A stretch of DNA of 62,575 nucleotides, counting the filler. It is 23 parts of 23 records of this genome, joined end to end, with 100 filler letters (N's around TTAATTAATTAA, not from the genome) between each part and the next. Parts side by side here need not be neighbours in the genome. Positions count along the whole stretch, not along the records: positions 47,294 to 49,545 come from SRR36015645_276250; positions 49,646 to 52,215 come from SRR36015645_279516; positions 52,316 to 54,437 come from SRR36015645_281434; positions 54,538 to 56,973 come from SRR36015645_287848; positions 57,074 to 59,471 come from SRR36015645_287908; 18 more parts are not named here. One strand, written 5' to 3'. The first letter of the stretch is position 1; each line of letters starts with the position of its first letter. The position numbers were made by a program, and so were the translations under genes. This document shows positions 47,294 through 57,533 of this stretch, piece after piece. The notes beneath the pieces were generated by a model. It was not told where the DNA came from. It searched no databases and worked only from the letters and a program-made list of their open reading frames with translations.

Positions 47294-49545
47294 GAATCCG
47301 TACACCGCATCACGAACAAGAAGCCAAAAGCGAGATTCCAGAAACCGAAACCTGCTTCCGCATCGAAAAGCAGTCGAGAACATGGTGCATACACGACAGA
47401 CGATTGTCCTTATTGTGGGACAAAACATCGAAAGGATAAGAAACAGTGTCCGGCATATGGACAAACATGCAAAAAGTGTCAAAAGCGACATCATTTCGCT
47501 CGCGTTTGCCGAAGCAAAACTGTGTATGCTATTGAAACGCAGGACGATGACTATGACTCTAGTACCGAAGAGTGGATTGCAGCAATAACTGACCAAAACA
47601 AGCGTCCGACAAAGCAAATCCGCTGTGTTTGTTCGATAAACAACATGAAAGTGAACTTACAAATTGACACTGGTTGTACTATAAATTTGATACCAAAAAA
47701 ATTTGTGGACTGTTCAAAATTAGCTAAGACTAAAACTCAGTTGAAAATGTGGAATCAAACCAGAGTAACCCCAATAGGGGAAATCACAGTACCAATTCTC
47801 AATTTGAGAGAAAAACAAGAACATTTTGTAAAGTTTATTGTTGTAGATAATGAATTTGACAATCCAATAATTGGTCTAAGTGCAGCTGAAAAAATGAATC
47901 TGATTTCAGTGAATGAGGAGTTAGTTGAGCGCGTCTCCTCAATTTCGACAGCTGATGAGTTGTTTGACAGGTTTGCTGATGTGTTTGATGGCAAGTTGGG
48001 TATGTTTGATGGTGATGTCTCACTGAAAGTGGATCCCTCTATAACCCCTGTCATCATGGCGACCCGGCGTATCCCAGTTGCGACTAAGCCAAGGCTCCTT
48101 GCGGAACTGGAAAACATGGTCGAGAAGGAAATAATCGCACCGATCAGTGAACCGACCAATTGGGTAAGTCAGACAGTCACTACGGAAAAGAAATCCGGTG
48201 ACATGAGAGTCTGCATTGATCCCCTAGAGCTCAACAAAGCACTTATCCGTGAACGCTATCAGTTACCGGTGCTTGAAGACAAGCTTCATGAACTGGCTAA
48301 GTCAACAGAATACACCAAAGCAGATGTGCAGCAAGCATACTGGCATGCTAAGCTTGATGATGCAAGCAGCAAGTTGACGACATTCCAAACTCCATTTGGT
48401 AGATTTCGATGGCTTAGACTGCCTTTTGGTCTAACGGTTAGCTCAGAAATTTTCCAACGTAAACTGCTAGAAGCCCTTGAGGGACTGCCTGGAGTCATCA
48501 CAGTTGCAGACGACATAATCATACATGGACAGAAAGGCAAAGAACATGATGAAAACTTGTATCGATTTCTGCAGCGATGCCAGGATAGAGGCATCAAACT
48601 GAACAAGCAAAAGTTTGAGCATGCCAAGCAAGAAGTTACCTTCATGGGCCATCTTGTGACAAGACAAGGTTTGAAGACCGACCCAGAAAAAGTGAAAGCG
48701 ATCACTGAAATGGCAATGCCCGAAAACATCACCGAAATGAGGCGTTTTCTCGGCATGGTTAATTACTTGGGAAAATTTGTAAAGAACGTAACTGACGTTA
48801 CCGAGCCGCTAAGGAATTTGACAAAGAAGGACGTTCCCTTCATTATTGCCGATACACAAACAAATGCTTTCAATGAAGTTAAAAGCATGTTGACGAAGGC
48901 ACCAATCCTCAAGTACTTTGATGAATCGGAAGACATCGTGCTGGAAAACGATGCATCCGAATACGGATTGGGTTCATGTCTATTGCAAGACAACAAACCT
49001 GTTGCATACTCTAGCCGAAGCTTGAGCGATACAGAGCGTCGTTACGCTCAAATCGAAAAAGAACTTCTCGCGGTAGTTTTTGGCTTAGAAAAGTTTCATC
49101 ACTACACGTGGGGCCACAAAATAAAAGTCAAGACTGATCATAAACCATTGGTTAGCATTTCCAAGAAACCACTGGCGAAGATGCCAAGAAGACTACAAGG
49201 TATGTTTATGAGGATACAAGGCTACAATGTGGAATTGGAATATGTTCCAGGATCGGACATTCCAGTGGCCGATACTTTATCTAGAGCGCCGCTTCCCGAG
49301 AAGCCAACAGAAGAAGTGATCTCTGTTAACAATCTAACAGATTGTCCTGTAAAAGATGCTAGACTACTCGAGATCAAGGAGGCAACATCCAACGATGACG
49401 AGCTGATGAGGCTTATGAAGATAATCAGCCATGGATGGCCGGAGCACAAGTCTCAAGTAGCAGACGGGGCACGTATCTACTTCTCATACCGAGACGAACT
49501 TACGATTCAGGACGGAATACTACTTCGCGGAACCAGAATCGTAAT
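47294..49545 (+). mobile_element. gag-pol: Ty3/Gypsy Mag-clade (K02A2.6-like) gag-pol, partial
   Basis: Frame open from 47294: CPYCGTKH...CPAYGQTCKKCQKRHHFARVC, IDTG, CIDPLELNKAL, RLPFGL, VADD, NDASEYGLG, RYAQIEKE, TDHKPL, ADTLSR. Confidence 0.93.
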
Positions 49546-49726
49546 NNNNNNNNNNNNNNNNNNNNNNNNNNNNNNNNNNNNNNNNNNNNTTAATTAATTA
49601 ANNNNNNNNNNNNNNNNNNNNNNNNNNNNNNNNNNNNNNNNNNNNATCCCCTATATAACCACAACAGGGGTTATAAGGGACACTGTGAATGTTTTAAAAA
49701 AGGTTTGAATTGAGAACAACAAAAAT

Positions 49727-51769
49727 TTAAGTCAGATCTAACCATTTTTCATTATCTATACATTTTTTTTTCAGTTCTCTGATTTCCATCACTCCCCTGC
49801 TCAACTCCTTTGGTTTCTCAATTTTTCGTTTAATGTCAGACATTGGATATGAGAGTACATCATCAACGTTTGGCCATTTCCAATTCAACCCACTCTTCTG
49901 CATTGCCTTAATGGAACATCTGTTTTTTTCTCTTTCGGTTACAACTCCTGGGTAAAGCAAATCATCATATTCGAATAAAACGTAATCACCAACTTCCACA
50001 TTGGCATTGGTCTTGCTCTTCCATACCAAAGGCTCATCATCTGAATCACTCCAGTCTTCCTGATCGGGATTTTCACTTCCTCCGCTATCACTACCAGAGG
50101 TATCATTTTCACTGCTACCGGTACTATCATCACTAGTGTCAAATTCCTTGTGTTTTACTGGTTTATTTTTTGCATTCTTCCTTGAATCAGCTTGTGTGTC
50201 CTTAGATGATGAATGACCAGCACTAGCTGATGAACGAAAAGGATCTGTAGTTGATGAATGAGCAGCATCTGTAGCTGATGAAGGCCCAGGATCTGTAGCT
50301 GATGAAGGGCCAGGATTTGTAGCTGATGAAGGACCAGGATTTGTAACTGATGAAGGTTGAAGATCTGTCGCTGATGCTGCCTGAGGATTAGTGCTGATTT
50401 CCTCTTCTTGAAAGTCTGCTCCAACTACACTTCGGCCTGGCTCCACATCTATCCTTCGCTTTCTCCTTCGTTCTGTTGGATTAGCATCATATCTCAACCC
50501 ACTTAAGAATTCTAAAAATGTGTCTTGTAATTGTCTTTCATCATGCTCAGCTGTTCCTTCAGCACGTACCGGTATTTCCTTTGGCAGTCTGGATAAGACT
50601 CTATCTCTGTTCACCGGAATGATGCCGCACTTCTCAAACCCTGCCTTGAGATTATCACCAGCATTCTCCTGCAAGGCATTAGACAGTTCATTCAAAAGGC
50701 TGGGAAAAACTTCTTTGGGAACTGCAGACTGTTTCCGACCAGCACCAGTTTTCTTCCACTTTTCAAGAATTTTTCTCCAGACTTTTTTCATTGGACCGAA
50801 AAATGCGACGTCAAGCGGCTGTGCAATATGGGTGGAGTTAGCTGGCAAAAAACAAAAATGAATGTCATTTTCTTCACACAGTTTTATAACATCAGGTGAT
50901 AGATGGGAACTAAGATTGTCTCCTATCATGACTTTCTTTCCTGGGAGCTTCTTCAGGTGAGGTAGTGCTGTTTTCGCAAACCAGTCATTAAAACAACTGA
51001 AATCAAACCAGCCGGATTTACTCCTATTGTAGCGTGCACCCTTCGGTCCGCCAAGGGTCCACGTGTCATACAAATGCAGAGCCTTATAGACAGTATATGG
51101 CGGAAGCAATGTACCATCCCCACATCCCGCATACATGAGGGAGATTGACGATTTGGAAGTATTCATAATACGCTCGGGATATTTCGTCCCTCTTTTCATA
51201 ACCACTTTTTTCCTTCCAGGATCGTCTGCAAGGTTTGTCTCATCAAAATTTAAAATGTTGGATGGTGGCACTCCACTGACAGTTTCCTCTAAATTGTTGA
51301 AATAATCATTAATAGTGGCAGGTGACACTTGAGCTCGAGACCGTTTAATGTTTTGACACATGCGAAAGGAGAGTCTCTCTCTGTGGCGCGTCAGAAATGA
51401 TCTGGCCCAATCGTCTCCTGGCATGTTGTGTTTGAATTGGTCTATGGTAACACCACGCTTATCAAGATAAGCTTTAACTAGCAAACGTATATCCATACAA
51501 TCCATTGGGTAGCCCCACTCAGCACATGTCATTAACCTTTTTACCAGCATTTCCTCAATGTCTGCGCCGATTGCTACGGGTCTACCCGGTGTTCCAACAT
51601 TTTGGTTTTTTCCATGCCTGTCTATCACCGACTTCGGTATATTAAACAGCTCAGAAGCCTTTCGGAATGTCATACCTTTCTTTACAGCATTAACAGCTCT
51701 CATAATGTCTTTTTTACAATGTACTTTACGAGTTTTAACACCTGGCTGACGTTTATATGTGCGAGGCAT
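49727..51769 (-). CDS. pogo-superfamily transposase (HTH_psq, CENP-B HTH, DDE_1; DD35D), complete 680 aa
   Basis: AVKKGMTFRKASELFNIPKS, PGDDWARSFLTRH, NFDET, IGDNLSSH...QPLD with 35 residues between the second and third Asp. Confidence 0.92.
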   Translation of the reverse strand: MPRTYKRQPGVKTRKVHCKKDIMRAVNAVKKGMTFRKASELFNIPKSVIDRHGKNQNVGTPGRPVAIGADIEEMLVKRLMTCAEWGYPMDCMDIRLLVKAYLDKRGVTIDQFKHNMPGDDWARSFLTRHRERLSFRMCQNIKRSRAQVSPATINDYFNNLEETVSGVPPSNILNFDETNLADDPGRKKVVMKRGTKYPERIMNTSKSSISLMYAGCGDGTLLPPYTVYKALHLYDTWTLGGPKGARYNRSKSGWFDFSCFNDWFAKTALPHLKKLPGKKVMIGDNLSSHLSPDVIKLCEENDIHFCFLPANSTHIAQPLDVAFFGPMKKVWRKILEKWKKTGAGRKQSAVPKEVFPSLLNELSNALQENAGDNLKAGFEKCGIIPVNRDRVLSRLPKEIPVRAEGTAEHDERQLQDTFLEFLSGLRYDANPTERRRKRRIDVEPGRSVVGADFQEEEISTNPQAASATDLQPSSVTNPGPSSATNPGPSSATDPGPSSATDAAHSSTTDPFRSSASAGHSSSKDTQADSRKNAKNKPVKHKEFDTSDDSTGSSENDTSGSDSGGSENPDQEDWSDSDDEPLVWKSKTNANVEVGDYVLFEYDDLLYPGVVTEREKNRCSIKAMQKSGLNWKWPNVDDVLSYPMSDIKRKIEKPKELSRGVMEIRELKKKCIDNEKWLDLT
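50205..50393. repeat. In-frame 24-bp minisatellite (about 7-8 copies) in the transposase tail
   Basis: GCTGATGAAGG.CCAGGAT.TGTA units encode PSSAT(N/D)PG repeats. Confidence 0.9.
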
Positions 51770-52315
51770 TATTGTCCCTTATTACCCCACAATTATTTCA
51801 GTCCCTTGTTACCCCGGAATTCAAACACGATTCACCTAAAAATATAGAAAATTAATTATTATAAACAAGAATAATAATTTTGGAATAATAGTTCTTATAC
51901 ATTCATAGTATAAGTGTCTTCACTTATATAGATGATTATTATCTCTGTACACACCATACGCTGGTCTTAACATACAAAGTTTTGCACGCCTCGTTTTTTT
52001 TTTAAAAAAGGCGATTTTTTCAAACGGGTCACCATCAACATGAAATTAATCAGGAATGACCATACTATGTCCAAAAGTCCAAGTATAGTCCACTGTTAAT
52101 GAATTTAATTCAGTTTAGCAATAATCTTCAGAAATAAAATAGGTAAGAAAATTTTAGGAAATTTCCAATAAATTGTCCCTTATTACCCGGCCGTCCCTTA
52201 ATACCCCAAATGACGNNNNNNNNNNNNNNNNNNNNNNNNNNNNNNNNNNNNNNNNNNNNTTAATTAATTAANNNNNNNNNNNNNNNNNNNNNNNNNNNNN
52301 NNNNNNNNNNNNNNN

Positions 52316-52345
52316 CTTGTACGCTACCCACTGAGCTATACCGAC
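52316..52345 (-). mobile_element. 5' end of a tRNA-derived SINE or tRNA, truncated by the spacer
   Basis: Minus strand GTCGGTATAGCTCAGTGGGTAGCG has an A-box/D-arm-like TAGCTCAGTGGGTAG at the canonical position. Confidence 0.5.
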
Positions 52346-53178
52346 TTTCTTAAACTGGAAGAAGGTGATGGGAACTCATTCAGGTGAAGCTTAGTATACA
52401 TTATGTGTCTGACTTTTCCACGGTTGTATCCAGGGGTGCTGCATTTTATGTAGCTTGTTTAGGCTCTTAAATTATGCTGAATCACAATGTGTGTAGTCCT
52501 GTTACATAATTGTGTAGGTGCACTTTTTGCATATCTTGTTATTATATTTATATGTGCAGTTGTGCACAGTGAATGAATACACAGCTGTTGCTACATGCAC
52601 ATTGTATTAGTAGGCTCTATGTTCCATGTGTACAGTACATAGAGTTAGCTACATTATGCATATATAGCTTTTTCACAGCGCATTTTTTTCATTTTGTCAT
52701 TATCATAACACACTGGTAGCTACAGATCAAATGTCTAAACCATTAAAATATTAACATAAATGCTTACTCGACAGTTTTTTGCAAGCTGTGTAAATATATA
52801 TATTTTTTTGCGTTTCAGATGATGTGAATCGATCGTGGTTTGCTGTTGGAGTTTGTGATTATAATTAAGAACACGGAAAGTCAACGATGTGAAAGACATC
52901 TCGTCTTCTTCAATGTGTGAAGGATGGAGCCGTTTAGTTTATCTGTACTTAATGATAACTTTGCCTAATACGGAAATAAAAAATCTGGATCAACAAGGAA
53001 TTTATATCAGAGATTAAAACTTTTGCAAGCTGTTATCAGAACTGGACTTGGGGTTAATGTAAATTGCTGTAGGCTGAAAGTACATTGAAAGCGAATTTAA
53101 ACTGGCAGACAAAAAGTGGTAAATGGATTAAACGTGGCTTTAAGGTAGTAAAACGCTATCCAGTTCTGGATATTCAAG

Positions 53179-53341
53179 ATGGAGTCTACCAGGAGTCGGC
53201 CGTCCACACTCAGACAGTTGGCTCACGACCTGTTTAATGACGACGAGTGTCTCCTCATACGTAACGCGCTGAGAACGTTCAAAGAGACGAGGTCCGTCAT
53301 GAGACTAGTCACCGCCCTTCGACCACTTATGGACTGCACTA
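53179..53341 (+). CDS. First coding exon of a host gene with an N-terminal harmonin-N-like domain (whirlin/harmonin/PDZD7/delphilin-like)
   Basis: Strong Kozak AAGATGG after an in-frame stop; encodes MESTRSRPSTLRQLAHDLFNDDECLLIRNALRTFKETRSVMRLVTALRPLMDCT; phase-1 donor A|GTAAGT at 53342. An upstream TTTCAG acceptor ends at 52818. Confidence 0.75.
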
Positions 53342-54083
53342 GTAAGTACTAGTTTTGATACTCTCTTTATTTATTTAAATATTTGATTATTTACTTGTTT
53401 ATTCGTTTAGTTCACTATATTTATTTATTTACTTCCACACCCATTTGTTCATTCATTCAATCAATCAACCAATCACAGTCACTTAACCTTTCACTCATTG
53501 TCTCAAGCACTCACGAATTTGTTCGTTATTTTGCTCATCCATTCATTCGATCGTTAGTTTTGCTCAGGCATTAGTTACTATTTATTTATTTATTTATTGA
53601 CTCCCATTTAATTTATTTATTAACTTTTTATTTATTCTTTAGTTAGTTATCTCTTAGTCTTAGGTAGTCGCTTATTTGTTCGTTTATTTTCTCACCCACA
53701 CATTTTTGACTCATTCCTTCGCTCACTCACTCACCCATTGATTGATTGATTGACTAACTGATTCCTTTTTTATTATCCATTTCTAAATAAATCTAAATCT
53801 AAATGTATCTATTTAGTTTTTTTTTCTTCATTCGATCCATATATTATAATTATTCATTCATTTTTATTTATATATTTATTTATTACCTAATTAATAAGTA
53901 TATACATGTACATTAATTAACTCATGTGCTGAAGCTTGCGCGTGCGCGGGTATGCCCAGCTGTGCGTGTGCACGTACGTGCTTCGTACTTGTTTGTGTGC
54001 GTGCGCCGAACAAAGAAGCCTACTTTTTCCAAAATACGTGCAGGTATATATGTGTAAAATTCATTCTTTAAAATTCAATGTAG
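53342..54083 (+). other. GT-AG intron with AT-rich low-complexity (ATTT/ATTC/CACT) repeats
   Basis: GTAAGT...TGTAG; splice phase is compatible on both sides. Confidence 0.75.
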
Positions 54084-54278
54084 GTAAGATGCTCCTTCTG
54101 GCCGAAATTGGGCGGATATTGCCGGACAGTTTACACGAAGATTTCAACGAGTTGTGCAAATTGGAATTTCCGGCCTACAAACGGATTCTGAACGGGCTGG
54201 ATCTGGAGACAGGTGGTCAGGATGTCAGGCAAATCATAGCATCAGACCCGATGGGAACCGTGAAAGTCGTCTCGTCAG
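54084..54278 (+). CDS. Second coding exon of the harmonin-N-like gene
   Basis: Splicing gives ...DCT-S-KMLLLAEIGRILPDSLHEDFNELCKLEF...; the exon ends at donor CAG|GTAATT (54279). Confidence 0.72.
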
Positions 54279-54599
54279 GTAATTTTGCCTCCGGTGAAGG
54301 GTTTACATGATATCAGAGATAAAAATTTACTGCTTTCCGTAAAAATAATAATATCAAGAAAACTTATTACGAAAGTACATTTACATTTCAGTGAAATTTA
54401 GATTGTCTACCGGGTGATCCAAAACCTTAGCCCCCTANNNNNNNNNNNNNNNNNNNNNNNNNNNNNNNNNNNNNNNNNNNNTTAATTAATTAANNNNNNN
54501 NNNNNNNNNNNNNNNNNNNNNNNNNNNNNNNNNNNNNCCAACTAATGCAAAAACATACAATAGCTTTTCGAAAAGTCAAATTTGAAGGTTAGGCTATTT

Positions 54600-55517
54600 A
54601 AGGACATTTGATGATGGCATAGCGTCATTTTCAATTTAATGGCAAAGGCAATCCACTTGTGACTGAAGCAAATGGACTTCCCGTCGCCATATTAAAAGAC
54701 CACAAACCAGACGACGCATTTACCGATGTACTTCGAAGATTCGGCAACACTGAGCAAGGCGATTTGTGCAGGACAGACCATGTCGTAAAAACCGTTGGGA
54801 TGAATCTGCAACTAAAACACAAAAACAAGCTGGACAAGATAACAGAGAGTAGAAGGACGGTCATGGGAAACATGAGAATGCTTGCCTCTCTCATCATAGC
54901 TTTTAAGGAGGAATGTATGTACGAAGTCGGGGTATGCCGTCAAGAGTGAGGACATTCTCAACAGGAGGTACTGGGATGAGCTAGTGGCAGCGGTTGACCA
55001 TCTTTCGACACAGGAGAACGGGGATATGAAGGCAGGGCAGAAGAGAGCCATCGGAATCCTTCTCAAAACAGTCGCAACTGTTATGCTAGGAGAGTATAGG
55101 ATAAGACTAGAAGACAGCAAGGCAAACAAAGTTGTGATGTTCCAAGAGGTACTAAAACCTAGATACATACAAGTGTTTGGCGACGCTGAGTATATCTGCA
55201 TAAGGAATCGCCAAGTAAAACTCCGGAAGCCAGTCGAACTTCCAGTCGAAGACGAGGTCCAAAAGCTGAGGGACTTCACTGTTGAAGCGCTTCGTGCAGT
55301 CACGGAAAACACTTACGATTACTGGACAAAGGAGACTTTCGTTCGGGTCAGAAATCTGGCGATATCGCGACTAACAATATGGAATGCCAGGCATGGCGGA
55401 GAACCCAGCAGGCTCACCCTGAAAGACTGGGAAGATGCCGAAAATGATAAGTGGATCGACAAGCAGAGGATACAATATCTGGATCCGAAGGAGCACAGGC
55501 TCCTAAAGGACTACAAG
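54600..55517 (+). pseudogene. Decayed tyrosine-recombinase-like (Crypton-like) transposon gene
   Basis: CRTDHVVKTVG, MRMLA, RQVKLRKPVELP, SRLTIWNARHGGEPSRL (the family motif as I recall it is N.RRxGE). Premature TAG at ~54620, frameshift at ~54940, possible donor AAG|GTATGA at 55518. Confidence 0.55.
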
Positions 55518-56269
55518 GTATGATATAAGTGTCAGGTTTTGTCTCCTTTAAAAATGTAAATCAATAATTATTTGCGCAGCCTGGGCAGGAATTTTAAAAA
55601 GAAAGCCAGACACAACACGTTGGGGAGACAGGACCAAAACCAAAAAAGACGGCTGAGGAAACATTCTATTGTTTGGAGTGCCTTCGACAGGCAGTGTATT
55701 TGAAAGAAGCCATAAAAAAGGAAAGAGTATTTTCTATCGGAAGGCAACGTGACCATGGGCGCACGACACCATTCAGACTTGAAGTCACCAAAAAGCACGC
55801 TAGTGTCTGCTACGGACAAGGAAGCTAAATCACTTATAGCACGTTTGGAGCGTAATACGGCCGTACAACCATCTGCAAGTGCCAGCAAGTTAGTTGAGTG
55901 ACGCGGACTGAGTACTGCAACCGCCATATCTAAGCCAAAAGCAACTGCGTCAGCTACCACTTCAACATCTCATACACATGATCGTCTGCCATCTACCGTG
56001 TCTCCTGATGCCTCTATCACCATTTCAGCAGATTCCCCGACACCGACAACTGATTTTCCATTGTTTCCATCTAAAGTGCATCGTGATGAGGAACAGCAGG
56101 AAACTGATCAAATAGCTGAGTATAGGCCTGGTGAAGACTCCCACGACCAGCAGGAGCGACCTCAGCCACAATTAGGCTTGGAAGACCTCGAAAACAGGCT
56201 GTTTCTACACCTAGAGGGAGTCGAACAACGATTGGTGAAAAAATGGACAGCCACTATCTTGTTGTCTTA

Positions 56270-56500
56270 TCACATGAAAAAATAAAACTTGGAAATTCAT
56301 GGAAAACTGAAGCCTGGTCATGAGAAAATGAAAAGAAAGTCAGAAAAAAATAAAACTGGAACGTCACGGAAAATCGAAAGCTGAAAAGTCATGGTAAAAT
56401 TAATTCTGGTATAGCCTAGTATCATGGGAAATCATGATACCCAGAAACTCATGGAAGACTGCAAAAATTTGCAAATCGAAATGTCACGGTCATGAAAAGT
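56270..56500. repeat. Dispersed TCA(T/C)G(G)AAA-like motif cluster
   Basis: About 8-9 copies, e.g. CATGAAAA, TCATGGAAAA, TCATGAGAAAA, TCACGGAAAA, TCATGGTAAAA, TCATGGGAAA, TCATGGAAGA, TCATGAAAA. Confidence 0.55.
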
Positions 56501-57533
56501 ATAGTTTTAATCAAAAGTATGCACAACTATTGCTCGTCTGTAGAACGGTTGGTGCATAGCATGTAATGTATGTAATTAAAGATAGGTATACATGTATTGT
56601 TAAAAAACAGCTGCAAAATTGTGATAACGGGGCTTGGCAAAATACCCATCAGGACTGCTCTTCAAACATCTGTTTTGACATTATTTATCTTCCTTATTAT
56701 AACTTAACAGAATTAAATTCAGGCTTAAATTTATATATATTTTCAACACTGTCTTTTATTCATTCTTCAATTACTATTCCAATTATATATAGTTTGCTAT
56801 CATAAATGTTCCTTGACCTTATTAGGATGACATGTACATGTAGAAGTTAAGGGAAACCTATTTTGTAGGAGCTAGTGAAATTCGGCATTTCCTGAAGGAA
56901 ACAAACATTCTACCAGGTGCCGATATAACCTGCTTAAAAAATACATACAGTAGTGGCCCAATTAATTGCATCANNNNNNNNNNNNNNNNNNNNNNNNNNN
57001 NNNNNNNNNNNNNNNNNTTAATTAATTAANNNNNNNNNNNNNNNNNNNNNNNNNNNNNNNNNNNNNNNNNNNNTATGAAATGTCAGCGTTTCATTAAATT
57101 TGTGTCACAATTACCCAATTTTACTTTACCTTTCACTCTGATCCATGATGGAATGTCCACTGTCCAGAGATGCGTGCGTTGTCCTCGGAGGCCGTTGTTT
57201 CGAATGCGTCACAGATCGGTCGCGGTGCAGATATTTATAACGTGGTGATCTTTGTCTCATACCTCGTGATCGCCTTTGTTCACCTACCCCTGCTGCTTTC
57301 GGGGAAATGTCATTTAACGTACTCCCGTGAAGTTTGCGTGTTTTGCTGTAAACCAATTGATACTGAGAAGTCCTGACAGGGGACTATGTCTAATTAATAC
57401 ATTTTGTAGTCTTGTTACGTCATACGCTCTGTTTGTCTTTACAGTTTTGTGTGTACCACTATCCAATGAGTGGACTATGACTATGGATCTACATATAATT
57501 AGCCTGTTGCTTTGCTGAAGTACTGGCAGATGA

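Larger units (their letters stand above)
49646..52215 (-). mobile_element. Near-complete pogo DNA transposon with repeated terminal/sub-terminal motif
   Basis: GTCCCTT(A/G)(T/A)TACCC at 51774, 51801, 52175 and 52193; inverted copy GGGGTTATAAGGGAC at 49667-49681. Confidence 0.8.

Noticed and set aside
53936-54083. N-terminal part of the 124-aa ORF
   Set aside because: Low-complexity GT/GC repeat inside the predicted intron; only 54084-54278 looks coding.
55568-56285. 130-aa and 95-aa ORFs after the YR-like gene
   Set aside because: Low-complexity pieces with no assignable domain; probably remnants of the decayed element.
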